Virus record (IMG/VR): IMGVR_UViG_3300020059_000006
Location: 1-35,700 of that record
DNA: 35,700 nucleotides
Source: a virus
Lineage: Duplodnaviria; Caudoviricetes
Strand: one strand, 5' to 3'
The notes below the pieces were generated by a model that saw only the letters and a program-made list of their open reading frames with translations, was not told where the DNA came from and did no database searches. Of the stretch, positions 1-8,947 are shown piece after piece (position 1 is the first letter of the stretch; each line of letters begins with the position of its first letter). A program made the translations under genes and the position numbers.

Positions 1-41
1 CAAAAACCTCCCCCCGCCCCCCGGGTACCCCCCACCCCCGG
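1..41. other. Probable genome terminus region (cos-type end neighbourhood)
   Basis: G/C-run-rich non-coding segment with a GGGTACCC palindrome directly downstream of the HNH gene. This arrangement is typical of the packaging end of HNH/cos phages. Confidence 0.5.
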
Positions 42-386
42 TCACCCTCTGTCACTCCGTAACCCTGGGTGACTTTTAGGGGTGCGGCCCACCTTGTGTG
101 CCCGTGCTGCCTTGGCTGCCTCTGCGCCTTGCCCTGCCGAGCGTGCGTCGTGGCAGCGTTCGCATGCGCCTCGCAGGTTGGTGTCGGTGTGGTCGGTGGG
201 GTTGTCGATGTGGTCGACGTCGATGGACGGTGCGCCCCAGCAGTGTGAGCGTATTCGGCAGCGTGGGTCGCGGGCGAGGATGCGTGTGCGGGTGGTGGGC
301 CAGTCTGCGGGTAGGGGTGTGGTGCGCCAGGCGGTGCCTCTGTTGTAGGTGGGGGGTGTTGTTCCGCGGGGGGTGTGTCTGGTCAT
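42..386 (-). CDS. HNH endonuclease (terminase-associated, HK97 gp74-like)
   Basis: ILARDPRC..C..DVDHI..DH..NLRGACERCHD motif; last gene before the presumed end. Confidence 0.9.
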   Translation of the reverse strand: MTRHTPRGTTPPTYNRGTAWRTTPLPADWPTTRTRILARDPRCRIRSHCWGAPSIDVDHIDNPTDHTDTNLRGACERCHDARSAGQGAEAAKAARAHKVGRTPKSHPGLRSDRG

Positions 387-435
387 AAGTGCCGCCTTTC
401 CTTGGCTCCCCCAGGGGTGTGACCTACTGCACTTA

Positions 436-619
436 AGTTGGTCTCGTCTGTAGTTGGTCGCCCCTCTCCCCTCTCTAAAGAGAGGGGCGACCGACCGACT
501 ATCTCAGTCGGTAATAGTCGGTCGGTCTAAAACCTTGTCTGACCTGGTGTTCTGTTGAGTTGGTCGGGTAGTTGGTCGGCGTCTCGCCGACCAAGTTGGT
601 CGGGTCCTCCAGCCGACCA
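436..619. repeat. Iteron cluster and inverted repeats, putative replication origin
   Basis: AGTTGGTC(GG) at 436, 452, 558, 570 and 594. Variants AGTCGGT at 506 and 516, with inverted CCGACC copies. Perfect 12-bp inverted repeat GGTCGCCCCTCT/AGAGGGGCGACC (456-492). Immediately downstream of the primase-helicase. Confidence 0.65.
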
Positions 620-626
620 TCTTTTT

Positions 627-2303
627 CTACTCTCCGACACTGATCACATACTTTGCGTTGTACTTCCCGTCCTTGCCTCCGCCCTTCACAGCGAGCTTCA
701 CCATGCCCGCTTTGCGGAGTTCGGTGATACGTTCCGTCGCCTGGGTCTTCTCGATTTTCATCTTCGTCCGGAGGGTCTCGTTCATCGTGGACATCGACAC
801 CGGATCATCACCGTGGACCTCGCGGAGAACCTCGGCGGCGCGGTTCCCGATGTCCTTGAGCCACTCGGCTTCCGGTAGCCGCTCGATGACAACCGACCCG
901 TAGGCGGCGTTACGCCGAAGCCAAGTCTTCGCGCCGGCGTAGCCCTCCTTGCGTTTCTTCACCTCGAGGGCAATCTTCGGGTCGTTGCGGTCACCGTGCA
1001 GTACAAGAACCTCATCAACGTTCGCCTCGAGCTGGCTACCGCCGCGGGCCCTGGTCGCGTCGCCCCAGCCGGGATGGTGGACCAACACCACGGTTCCGTC
1101 GATCGCCGCGGACAGGTTCGCCATACGCCGGGTCAGGATCGCTGCGTCTTTCGTCTCGTCGGCGTCCGGGGCCAGCGACGAGAACGTGTCCAGGAACACG
1201 ACCCTGCGGCGTAGGTCGCGTGCCTCATCGGCCATTTCCCGCCAGGTCGCCGCGGAGGACAGGGTGTCGGGGCGGATGGAGAACATGACGTCGTCGTCGC
1301 TTACCGGGGCCTTCCACGCCTGTTCGTAGGCGGTGATCCGGTCGTGGAGGCCGGAGGCGCCCTCCCCGACGACGTACAGGGCACCGGCGCGGGTGACGGC
1401 GTGGCCGAGCCAGGCGGTTCCGGTGCCGACCGCGCACGCCCACGCCAGCGACACGAACGTTTTCCCGGCCCCGGACGGGCCTAGCAGGATGATGGTGCTG
1501 CGCAGCGACAGGACGCCTTCGATCAGTGGTTCCACCTTGGGTAGGTTCCCCAGGTGGGAGCGGCGCATGATGGTTTGTGCGAACGCCGACCGGTCGGGTT
1601 GTTCGGCTGCGTCGTCGGGTAGCTCATACTGAACGAAATCGGTCAGTCCGTAGCCTGCTGCGACGTGGTCGGCTGCGTCTTTCCCCGCGGCTGATTGGAC
1701 GAACCGGTAGCGGCGGGCGACCCCGTCGAGTTTGTCTGCGACCTGGGAGGCCCATTTGTCTCCGGCCGGGTCACGGTCGACGACGACGGTCACCCACCGG
1801 CTTGCCAGCGGTGTCACGTCGGCTTTGTGGAACGATCCGGAGCCTTGTGGTGCGGTGGTGGCGATCCCGCCGGCGGACTCGAGGGCGAGGACGTCTTTTT
1901 CCCCTTCGACCAGGAACACGTACCGGTCTAGGGCTGCCTCGTTGAGGGCGGCGAGGTGGAACAGGGTGCTTGTTTCCCCGGCGCCGGTTTGCGCGAAGCG
2001 TTTCTTCCCGGTTTCGTCGTAGAACCGGCGTACGGTGCGTCCGTCGTCGTACCGGTATTCGGCTGACCGCTCGTCGTACATGTCCGCGGGGGTCATGTCG
2101 AGGCAGGCCAGGACGTCGCGGTGGTCGCAGCCGCCCTGGCAGTAGATCAGTGCTTGCCCTTCGATGCCGCGGACGCCCAGGGACGGGTTCCCGTCGTCGT
2201 GGGCGGGGCATTGGGCTTCGGCTCTGCGGTCGCCGCGTTCGATGACTTTGCTGCCGTGTTGTCGCAGGGCGGAGATGATCCGCTCGTAGGCGGTTTCAGG
2301 CAT
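627..2303 (-). CDS. DNA primase-helicase (Zn-binding + TOPRIM + RecA-like AAA_25 helicase)
   Basis: AQCPAHDDGNPSL..CQGGC Zn motif; TOPRIM VFLVEGEKD and DRDPAG; Walker A GPSGAGKT, Walker B VFLDT, VLVHH, ARGGSQL. Confidence 0.9.
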   Translation of the reverse strand: MPETAYERIISALRQHGSKVIERGDRRAEAQCPAHDDGNPSLGVRGIEGQALIYCQGGCDHRDVLACLDMTPADMYDERSAEYRYDDGRTVRRFYDETGKKRFAQTGAGETSTLFHLAALNEAALDRYVFLVEGEKDVLALESAGGIATTAPQGSGSFHKADVTPLASRWVTVVVDRDPAGDKWASQVADKLDGVARRYRFVQSAAGKDAADHVAAGYGLTDFVQYELPDDAAEQPDRSAFAQTIMRRSHLGNLPKVEPLIEGVLSLRSTIILLGPSGAGKTFVSLAWACAVGTGTAWLGHAVTRAGALYVVGEGASGLHDRITAYEQAWKAPVSDDDVMFSIRPDTLSSAATWREMADEARDLRRRVVFLDTFSSLAPDADETKDAAILTRRMANLSAAIDGTVVLVHHPGWGDATRARGGSQLEANVDEVLVLHGDRNDPKIALEVKKRKEGYAGAKTWLRRNAAYGSVVIERLPEAEWLKDIGNRAAEVLREVHGDDPVSMSTMNETLRTKMKIEKTQATERITELRKAGMVKLAVKGGGKDGKYNAKYVISVGE

Positions 2304-2496
2304 CGCCGCGTCCGGCCGTGTAGCCCTGCGTCCATCCGGTGTTGAATCCGGTTGCCCAGGCGTCGAGTTCGGCGTTGTCCGCGGGCCGCCAGTCGGGTCG
2401 GTGGCGGCGGGCGAGGATTCTGGCGGCGGCGAGGGTGACGGGTTCGTCGTGGAACGGTTCGTCGTCGTTGCGCGCCTGCGCAGAGGGGGATGCCAT
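2296..2496 (-). CDS. Hypothetical protein
   Basis: ATG start (MASPSAQ); overlaps the primase start by 8 nt. Confidence 0.6.
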   Translation of the reverse strand: MASPSAQARNDDEPFHDEPVTLAAARILARRHRPDWRPADNAELDAWATGFNTGWTQGYTAGRGDA

Positions 2497-2524
2497 AATT
2501 GCTCCGATCTTCAGCGAGGTCGAG

Positions 2525-2558
2525 ACGACCCGGGCCACCTCACGGCGACCCGGGTCGT
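2525..2558 (-). terminator. Stem-loop after the exonuclease gene
   Basis: ACGACCCGGGUCGCC-GUGA-GGUGGCCCGGGUCGU: 15-bp stem with G-U pairs on the minus strand and a GNRA loop. Confidence 0.6.
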
Positions 2559-2604
2559 TCTTATTCTGCTCCGTGGATCTCCGCGGTGTATCAGCCGGAC
2601 CGGT

Positions 2605-3312
2605 CTACCCCATTTCGCGGGTGACGAGCTTGGCGAGGTTCTCAAGCCGGTCGCCGGCCTCCGGGCTCGGCTTCTGCGGGTCGATGACATAGTCGAACAT
2701 TTCCATCGTCCATCTGGCGTCGCCAAGGGCCGTGTGCGTGACGTCCGCGTCCGGCTCTTGCAGCCCAAGGACGTGGCGCACAGTCTTCGCAGACCAGGGG
2801 CGCGGGAACGCGTCCTCAGGAAGCGGCCCGCCAGTACGTCCCTGGTGTTCGCCGATGATGAACCCGGCAGCCAGCGAGGACACCTCGATGTGGTGGTAGT
2901 CGAACGACGGGCTGATCCCCATGGCCCGCAACCTGGCGTCGAAGGTTTGCGCGTCGAACGTGACGTTCCAGCCGACCAGCTGCGCGCCGCGGGTCAGCCA
3001 TTCGACGTGCCGCATCGCGTCGTACTCGGCGAGGACCCCGACGGGTGCCCCGAACAGGTGGTCGACGACGTCGGGGCGGGTGGTCATCTGCGGGTGCCGG
3101 GTGTGGAACCGGCCGACCTGCAGGGCGCGGTGGTCGGCGTCGCCGAGCTCGAGGTGGGCGATGTCGATGAAGCAGTGGAATTGTTCGATGGTGGCGGCGC
3201 CGGGGTGGCGCAGGATGACACCGATTTCCCATGCGCGGCGGTCGGGGTGGACGCCGGTGGTTTCGACGTCGACGAAGGCCAGGGTTCCGGGCGGGTTGTG
3301 GGGCTCGGTCAT
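2605..3312 (-). CDS. DEDDh 3'-5' exonuclease (DnaQ-like)
   Basis: ExoI FVDVETTG, ExoII VGWNVTFD, ExoIII HTALGDA. Confidence 0.9.
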   Translation of the reverse strand: MTEPHNPPGTLAFVDVETTGVHPDRRAWEIGVILRHPGAATIEQFHCFIDIAHLELGDADHRALQVGRFHTRHPQMTTRPDVVDHLFGAPVGVLAEYDAMRHVEWLTRGAQLVGWNVTFDAQTFDARLRAMGISPSFDYHHIEVSSLAAGFIIGEHQGRTGGPLPEDAFPRPWSAKTVRHVLGLQEPDADVTHTALGDARWTMEMFDYVIDPQKPSPEAGDRLENLAKLVTREMG

Positions 3313-4028
3313 GAGGTGGCTGTCTCCTTGTCGGCGTCGGTGGTGAACGGGTCCATCAGGCGGGCCGCGTCCTTTCTGGCGTCGGCGACACTGCTAGGAG
3401 GCAGGTCGGCGCCGGGCCGGACGGTGGTACCGCGTGGCTTGCGGGCCGGCCGGACGATCCCACCAGCGACGTCCGCCTTGTCCCTGGCGACTTCGTCGGC
3501 GGGTTTGCCAGTGACCGCCGCGGTGAGGTCGGGGCGGACGGCGGCGACCGCCTGACGCTTGCCGTCGTCCTGGCGGGCTTTCTCACGGGCTTCGGCCCGC
3601 TCCGCCATGATCTCTTCACCGGACGGCTCGGGAATCGAGTCGATGGCGAGTTGCCCCTCGAGCTGGCCGTCGAGCTTCGCGTCGAGCTTCGCGTTCTCTT
3701 GCCCAGAGAACAGGGTGTCGGCGACGGATGCCTTCCCGGCTCCCTTCCGAACCACTTCGATCATCTCTTTCACCTGGTCGGCGAACCCGTTCGGGTCGGT
3801 GCCGTCAGCGTCGATGACGGGTTCGACGACGATCATTTCCACGGTCATTTCGTCGCCGTCGCGGGTGTCGACGTGCCGAACAAATTCGACGTATCCGACG
3901 ATCGGTACCCGGGCTAGCCGGTCCCTGTTCATCAGTTCCGCGACCCGGTTGAGGCCGTTGTTCTCTCGCTTTTTGACACTGAACGTCCCTTTGATTTGGA
4001 CGCGTGTGTCTTCGCTTGCCTCGCTCAT
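3309..4028 (-). CDS. Hypothetical protein
   Basis: Long ORF with 4-nt overlaps to both neighbours; AAAGGA RBS before MSEASEDT. Confidence 0.7.
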   Translation of the reverse strand: MSEASEDTRVQIKGTFSVKKRENNGLNRVAELMNRDRLARVPIVGYVEFVRHVDTRDGDEMTVEMIVVEPVIDADGTDPNGFADQVKEMIEVVRKGAGKASVADTLFSGQENAKLDAKLDGQLEGQLAIDSIPEPSGEEIMAERAEAREKARQDDGKRQAVAAVRPDLTAAVTGKPADEVARDKADVAGGIVRPARKPRGTTVRPGADLPPSSVADARKDAARLMDPFTTDADKETATS

Positions 4029-4621
4029 TCGGTGTCCTTTGCTGTGCCGTTCTGGCGGATGTTTTCCGACAGTTCTGGGTATCGTTTCGGGCAGTCCGGG
4101 CACGCCGCTTCGTGGAATGCGCGCTGAATGTCCGGGGCCGTATCGCGTGCGGTTGACGGACCCGCGTGCCGTTCAACGATCTGGTTGATCGTTTCTTGCA
4201 GCCTGATCATGTTGGCGACGTCGACCTCGTAAGTCCGCCACACGTCCACCGGTTCCGTTTCACGAAGCTGGACCACATCGCCTTCACGGAGCTGGACCAG
4301 ATCGCCACGATGGTGGAAGTGGTGGCCGTCGGTGTTCGACACCGTCCATTCCGGCCCGGTCGGAAGCGTGCAGTCAGGCGGGCAATCCGGTGCTACGCGC
4401 AACTCCTGGGTTGCCTCATCGCGTTCGGCGAGCTCAGCGCGCAGCACCCTCGCCTGACGCCTGTGCTGGTGGGCTATCTCCACCGCCAAGTCCCGTTCGT
4501 TCTCAACCTTCCTGACCTCACGCCTCCACCCGTCAACCAATGCTTTCCACTGCGCAACGATTTCGTCGTGGTACCGCTCGTCCACACTGTTGCGTCGTCG
4601 CCTCTTCAACATCCCCATCAC
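4025..4621 (-). CDS. Hypothetical protein with N-terminal coiled coil
   Basis: Operon-coupled ORF with GAGAGGG RBS; short internal duplication GD(L/V)VQLRE x2. Confidence 0.65.
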   Translation of the reverse strand: MMGMLKRRRRNSVDERYHDEIVAQWKALVDGWRREVRKVENERDLAVEIAHQHRRQARVLRAELAERDEATQELRVAPDCPPDCTLPTGPEWTVSNTDGHHFHHRGDLVQLREGDVVQLRETEPVDVWRTYEVDVANMIRLQETINQIVERHAGPSTARDTAPDIQRAFHEAACPDCPKRYPELSENIRQNGTAKDTE

Positions 4622-4628
4622 CCCTCTC

Positions 4629-5246
4629 TCAACTGGCCCATGGGTCGGTCCACGGGTCGGACACCCCGGGCAACGCCGGGATCTTCACCCCCTTGGTCTT
4701 CCGCAACGCGGCCGCCGCCCGGCCCCGGACCGCCGGCGCCTGCACGTCCGGCAGCAGCGGGTGCCCGTACACGTACGCACCCAGCGACATCAAGGCGACC
4801 GCGTCACATTCGTCGTCGACCGCGGGGATCGACAACAGCGGCCCGTACCGGCCGATCACCGCAGCGATCACCTCGCCCTTCGTGACCTTCGTGTCGCCGC
4901 GCAACGACCCCGACCCGGTCGCCCAGATCTTCAACACGCCCGGCGATACATCCACCCACGGGACGCCACGGGCCCACAGGACGTGCGTAACCGCGAAGTG
5001 CGCGGCGTGCTGGCCGTAGTCGGATCCACCGGCTCTAGAGAACGTGCCCTCGATGAACGCGACGTCGGGCCGGTGGCTGATGACACGGTGGAGGATGGCC
5101 CGCTCAAGGACGCGGATCTGTGTGTGCAGCGGCGTCAGGGCTTCACCGACCGCGGTGACGGACAGCCGTTCCTCCCCGGTGTCCGCGTCGTAGTTCATGG
5201 CAATCCCGGACCGTGCCGGTTTCAGGTCGAGCCCTAGCAGCCTCAC
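4629..5246 (-). CDS. ruvC: RuvC-like Holliday junction resolvase
   Basis: N-terminal LLGLDL..SGIA, AFIEG, P..LK.WATGSG, DDECDAVAL acidic catalytic motifs. Confidence 0.85.
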   Translation of the reverse strand: MRLLGLDLKPARSGIAMNYDADTGEERLSVTAVGEALTPLHTQIRVLERAILHRVISHRPDVAFIEGTFSRAGGSDYGQHAAHFAVTHVLWARGVPWVDVSPGVLKIWATGSGSLRGDTKVTKGEVIAAVIGRYGPLLSIPAVDDECDAVALMSLGAYVYGHPLLPDVQAPAVRGRAAAALRKTKGVKIPALPGVSDPWTDPWAS

Positions 5247-5773
5247 CAGTCATCCCCTCGTAGAAGATCCCATGCAGCGCGGGCATGCAGCGTGACGACA
5301 CCGTTCCCGGCGCATCGCAGCGCGTCCGACCGGCCCATCACGTCGGTGAGGTAGCCGGGCGGGTAGCCCATCATCCATTCGGACAGCTCAGGGTTGAGAC
5401 GCCGCCCCGACTTGCCGCCTTCGACGATCGGCGGCGGGGCGGGTACCCCGGTGATCTCCTCCCACAGGACGACCGCGCCGGCGTAGCGGCCGTACCGCTC
5501 GTCGGCCGCCGCCCCGGACAGCGTCGGGTTCCCCCGTTCCGCCGGCGTCGAGCGGCGCGTCCACGGGCATGGTCTTGCCGTCGGGGGTCGCGACGCCCAC
5601 ACGATCGGCGCCCAGCACGACCGGCACGACGCGATGGTGAACCCGTCGACCGTCTTCGTGTCGTCGTGCTCGAACTGCGTCGGGTCGACGATCGGGAGGC
5701 TCGAGTACTCGTCCGGCGCCGGCCGCGGCGGCACGACTACCCCATCCGGATCGGGCCAGTCGAAGCCGCTCAC
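5243..5773 (-). CDS. Chimeric protein: CxxC Zn-ribbon-like N-part plus C-terminal fragment (motifs IX-X) of a C5 DNA methyltransferase
   Basis: CRSCWAPIVW; then WE..TG.PAP.P..RLNPELSEWMMGYPPGY..ALRCAGNGVV, typical of actinophage C5-MTase C-termini. GTG start overlaps the upstream stop. Confidence 0.6.
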   Translation of the reverse strand: MSGFDWPDPDGVVVPPRPAPDEYSSLPIVDPTQFEHDDTKTVDGFTIASCRSCWAPIVWASRPPTARPCPWTRRSTPAERGNPTLSGAAADERYGRYAGAVVLWEEITGVPAPPPIVEGGKSGRRLNPELSEWMMGYPPGYLTDVMGRSDALRCAGNGVVTLHARAAWDLLRGDDW

Positions 5774-5937
5774 CCGAACCACCCTGTCTGGCACAACAAC
5801 ACCACCGACCCGACCGCACCCACCAAAAACCACCACGGGAACACCACCCGAGCCACCCGCTCGGACGCCATCGACGCCGCCCCCAACACGATGAACAGCG
5901 CGCCGATGCCGTACAGGGCCACCACCCCGGCCGTCAT
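5770..5937 (-). CDS. Small membrane protein (2 TM)
   Basis: Two hydrophobic stretches; 4-nt overlaps with both neighbours. Confidence 0.65.
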   Translation of the reverse strand: MTAGVVALYGIGALFIVLGAASMASERVARVVFPWWFLVGAVGSVVLLCQTGWFG

Positions 5938-6494
5938 GCGAGATCCCCGAAGTCCCACGACACGTAATGCTGGCTGTCGTCGACGTGGTCGCCGACATCA
6001 CGCCCGTGCGCCCTCTTAATGATCTCGGTGGCGGTGGGGAAGATCGGCACCTCATCCATGTTGCGTTCGCAGAAGTCGAGACAGCCAACCCCCTTGACCT
6101 TGGCGATGGGTTCGGCGATGCCCCGGACGAGCCGGGCGAACAGGTCCCGGGTACCAGGGGTGTCACGGTCGACACACACGAACGGCACGTACCAGACACG
6201 GCCGGCGTCGACCAGGTCGTCACCGTACCTATGCCGGTAGTAGGGCACCGAGATGAGCGGGACCTGGTCCAGGCAGGGTGTGGCGGCGGCGAGTCCGACG
6301 ACGTGGGCGTTCTCGTCCAGAGCAACGTGTTTCACGATGAGGTCGTCCGCGGCCAGGGCGGCGAACTCCCTATCGGTCATGATCTGCCGTTGCGCGGCCA
6401 GGATGGCGAGCGGCTGCATGACCCGCCGGTACATTGCGTAGGCGCGGTGCCAGGACGCGCCCATGTAGTTCATGGTTTTGACGATGATGGTCAT
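5934..6494 (-). CDS. Conserved actinobacterial protein, possible GNAT/acyltransferase fold
   Basis: Pattern Y..L..LAAQR..M...EF..D..K.V..D..VVGL..VPLIS.PYY..RY..VWYV.FVCVD..F.RLV..LDFC..N resembles a GNAT-like topology; recognised by eye. Confidence 0.5.
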   Translation of the reverse strand: MTIIVKTMNYMGASWHRAYAMYRRVMQPLAILAAQRQIMTDREFAALAADDLIVKHVALDENAHVVGLAAATPCLDQVPLISVPYYRHRYGDDLVDAGRVWYVPFVCVDRDTPGTRDLFARLVRGIAEPIAKVKGVGCLDFCERNMDEVPIFPTATEIIKRAHGRDVGDHVDDSQHYVSWDFGDLA

Positions 6495-7336
6495 CGGGCA
6501 CCTTCCTCAGCTCGAGGCTTCGCCTTGAGCCATTCGATCCGGGTTTTCTGGCCGGAGATCACCCGGTCGGCTTCCTCGAAGCTCAGATCAGACGACGTTG
6601 ACAGCGACTCCCGGCCGGCGAGTCGGGCCGTCGCCGCGAGACGCGCGTCACGCCCTTCGTCGCCTGCGAATTGCGTCTGTCCCAGCTTCGCGAGTTCGGC
6701 CCACAGGGCGTGCATGGTGGCGTGTTGCTTCTTGCTGACCGATCCGGGGTCGTACTCGCCGGTCGGTGGCGGTCCGGGCTGCTCTGCCGGTGGTCCGGCA
6801 GGCTGCTCCGCCTCACCGGGCAGCGGCGGCGCCGCCCGGCCTGACCGGGCCGGCGGGGACACCGTCTCCCCGCGCGCGGCCGGCGGCCGCCGCGTGGCCG
6901 ACGCCCGGCCGGATTGCCTGCCGCGGGCAACAGCGTGCCCGTCCTCGAACGACTGCCCGTCGTCGTCCTCATCCTCGGGGATGACCCCGGTGACCGCGAG
7001 GAGCGAGTACCGGCGGGCGTAGGTGATCGCCGCGCCGTGCTTCATCGACGAGTCCCCGAGGATGGGGAACTGCCCGGCCCGGGCGGTGTCCGACGCGACG
7101 TGCTTGAGCTCCCACGCGAGGACGAACCTGCCGGGGTCGGCTCCGATGATGATCGGCGAGCACACCCAGATACAGCCGAGCGCGTTCAACCGGGTCAGGA
7201 CCTGTTCGTTGGCTTGCACGAGGTCGGCGTACTTCGTCTTCTGGTTGCCGACCTGCCCGGACTTGTCCTTCACCAGGACGGGCATGTCGGTTTGGAAGGC
7301 GAGGAGCGCCTCATCGATGTTCTTCGGGGCGGTCAT
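6491..7336 (-). CDS. ERF-family single-strand annealing recombinase
   Basis: KYADL and GAAITYARRYSLLAVTGV..EDEDDDG ERF signature. Confidence 0.9.
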   Translation of the reverse strand: MTAPKNIDEALLAFQTDMPVLVKDKSGQVGNQKTKYADLVQANEQVLTRLNALGCIWVCSPIIIGADPGRFVLAWELKHVASDTARAGQFPILGDSSMKHGAAITYARRYSLLAVTGVIPEDEDDDGQSFEDGHAVARGRQSGRASATRRPPAARGETVSPPARSGRAAPPLPGEAEQPAGPPAEQPGPPPTGEYDPGSVSKKQHATMHALWAELAKLGQTQFAGDEGRDARLAATARLAGRESLSTSSDLSFEEADRVISGQKTRIEWLKAKPRAEEGAR

Positions 7337-7611
7337 CGTTTCGCCTTCCACAGGTGCATGTGCGGGTGGTTCCGCCAGCATTCGGCGGCTTCCGCAGGGG
7401 TCGGATATCGGCGGTCGCAGCGGGTCCGGGGGTGGTAGCCGACCGGGCAGCGGAACGGGCCTACTGGGTTCCAGTCGGCCGCCGAGATGATCCGCTCGAT
7501 ACGCCCGCGGTCGGTGTCCGCCTGCAAACTGTTCCGGCCCTCGGAACGCAGCACCTCGACCAGGACCATCAGGTCACGGATGGGCTCAAGCTCGTCGTCG
7601 AAGATTCGCAT
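7333..7611 (-). CDS. Hypothetical protein with C/H-rich C-terminus
   Basis: Coupled ORF; CPVGYH..C..Y.T..EA..C...H suggests a zinc finger. Confidence 0.6.
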   Translation of the reverse strand: MRIFDDELEPIRDLMVLVEVLRSEGRNSLQADTDRGRIERIISAADWNPVGPFRCPVGYHPRTRCDRRYPTPAEAAECWRNHPHMHLWKAKR

Positions 7612-8483
7612 CAGAACGGCGCCCCTTCCGCCGACCGGTCAACCTTGACCAGCCGATACTCCGCCATCAACGGCGGCGGGATCCGACCCAGCACCAGCGC
7701 CTTCAGCTCGGCGCCCTCATCCTCGATGGCCAGATGCGCGACCTGCTTGAGGTACAGGAACGTCCGGAACACCTCCGGCGACGAATCCACCCGGATCAGT
7801 TCGTAACCGTTCGCCGTGATGTGCAGCCCCGCAGTCAGATCAACCGAGTCCCGCGGCGTGTGGACCTGGTCCTTGCCCTCACCGGTGATCATCGTGTCGG
7901 CGTACCGGTAGCCGGTCAGCTGCAACGCCGTCTCACCGAAGATCCCCGACTTCGACGTCTTCGCGTCGATCAACGCCCGCGAATAGCCCTGCTCATCGCG
8001 GGGCACATCCTCGTACGCCTGAATGTCCGGCAGGATCAGGTCACCTTCGATGTCGAGCCGGCCGGCGTAGCCGTGCTCCTGCGAGTACACGGCCCGCTCG
8101 ACGTGGACTGGGTGGAAGTCGAACTCCTCCATGAACCGCCGGTAGGAGTCGACGTACCCTTTGATCTCCGGCGGCACCACCACCGTTTCGCCGGCGAGGA
8201 GCTTCTCACCGATCTTGTGGACCTCGGTGCCCCGGCCCGCCGCGGCGTCGCGGGACTCGTACCGGCCCTTCGAAATCTTCTGCAACCGGGCTCCGACGGG
8301 TATGCCGTCGAGCTCCGCCCAGTTGTTCACCGCGTACTCGGCGGTCGCCGACCCCGCCCAATTGATCAGGGCGTCTTTCGGCAGAGCCGCGGTGATGCGG
8401 GTGACTGACAGGACGCGGGCCCCACCGTTGTCGTCGTCGATGAACGACTGGTGTTTGCCCCGCTGAACCATCCGAACTTTCAC
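7611..8483 (-). CDS. PD-(D/E)XK exonuclease (Cas4/RecB-like recombination nuclease)
   Basis: SVTRI..PKDALINWA, RGTEVH, E..V...GYAGRLD, IDAKTS, ALQLTGY; adjacent to the ERF gene. Confidence 0.85.
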   Translation of the reverse strand: MKVRMVQRGKHQSFIDDDNGGARVLSVTRITAALPKDALINWAGSATAEYAVNNWAELDGIPVGARLQKISKGRYESRDAAAGRGTEVHKIGEKLLAGETVVVPPEIKGYVDSYRRFMEEFDFHPVHVERAVYSQEHGYAGRLDIEGDLILPDIQAYEDVPRDEQGYSRALIDAKTSKSGIFGETALQLTGYRYADTMITGEGKDQVHTPRDSVDLTAGLHITANGYELIRVDSSPEVFRTFLYLKQVAHLAIEDEGAELKALVLGRIPPPLMAEYRLVKVDRSAEGAPF

Positions 8484-8947
8484 AGCTCGCCTTCCTCTAT
8501 CGGGGCGGATTCCTTAGCGGACTTCCACCCGCCCCAGTCCTCCGGCCGCACAGGCAACCGCACCGGCATCCCGCCGGCCCGCACCCGCTCCAAAACGATC
8601 CGGTCATGCAGCCGGTCCCGGCGACGTGTACCGACCTGGTGATGCTTCGCCGTCAGCCACTTCGGGGCGACCCCCGCCGGCCGGTCAATCAGCACGTTCA
8701 ACGGCATCGGATCCCAGATCGGCATCCCCCCGGTGTTCCACCGGTAGTTCCCGGTCCGGTGCGGCCCGGGATGCCCGCGCCGCTTCCAGCACCGCCAGTG
8801 CTTGAACCCGGGCTTGTAGGTGGCCTGGTCGGAGCGCCACGTCGTCTGCATGCAGTACCCGGCGCCAGCGGCGACCGCATCCCACAACCGGTTCGTCGCC
8901 CGCCGCCAGTTCTGTTCCAGCACGCCGCGCACCATCAGGCCCCTCAT
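8480..8947 (-). CDS. Hypothetical basic, Trp-rich protein
   Basis: Coupled ORF; C...HWRC....HPGPH cluster. Confidence 0.55.
   Translation of the reverse strand: MRGLMVRGVLEQNWRRATNRLWDAVAAGAGYCMQTTWRSDQATYKPGFKHWRCWKRRGHPGPHRTGNYRWNTGGMPIWDPMPLNVLIDRPAGVAPKWLTAKHHQVGTRRRDRLHDRIVLERVRAGGMPVRLPVRPEDWGGWKSAKESAPIEEGEL

Noticed and set aside
436-619. Short repeats as a mini CRISPR array
   Set aside because: Units are 8-10 nt, irregularly spaced and in both orientations, which fits iterons.
5774-6325. N-terminal part of the 360-aa ORF 5243-6325
   Set aside because: Overlaps two better-supported coupled genes; the real start is most likely the GTG at 5773.
7611-8483. Cas4-like nuclease as evidence of a CRISPR system
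   Set aside because: No repeat-spacer array or other cas genes; it pairs with ERF as an ordinary phage recombination exonuclease.
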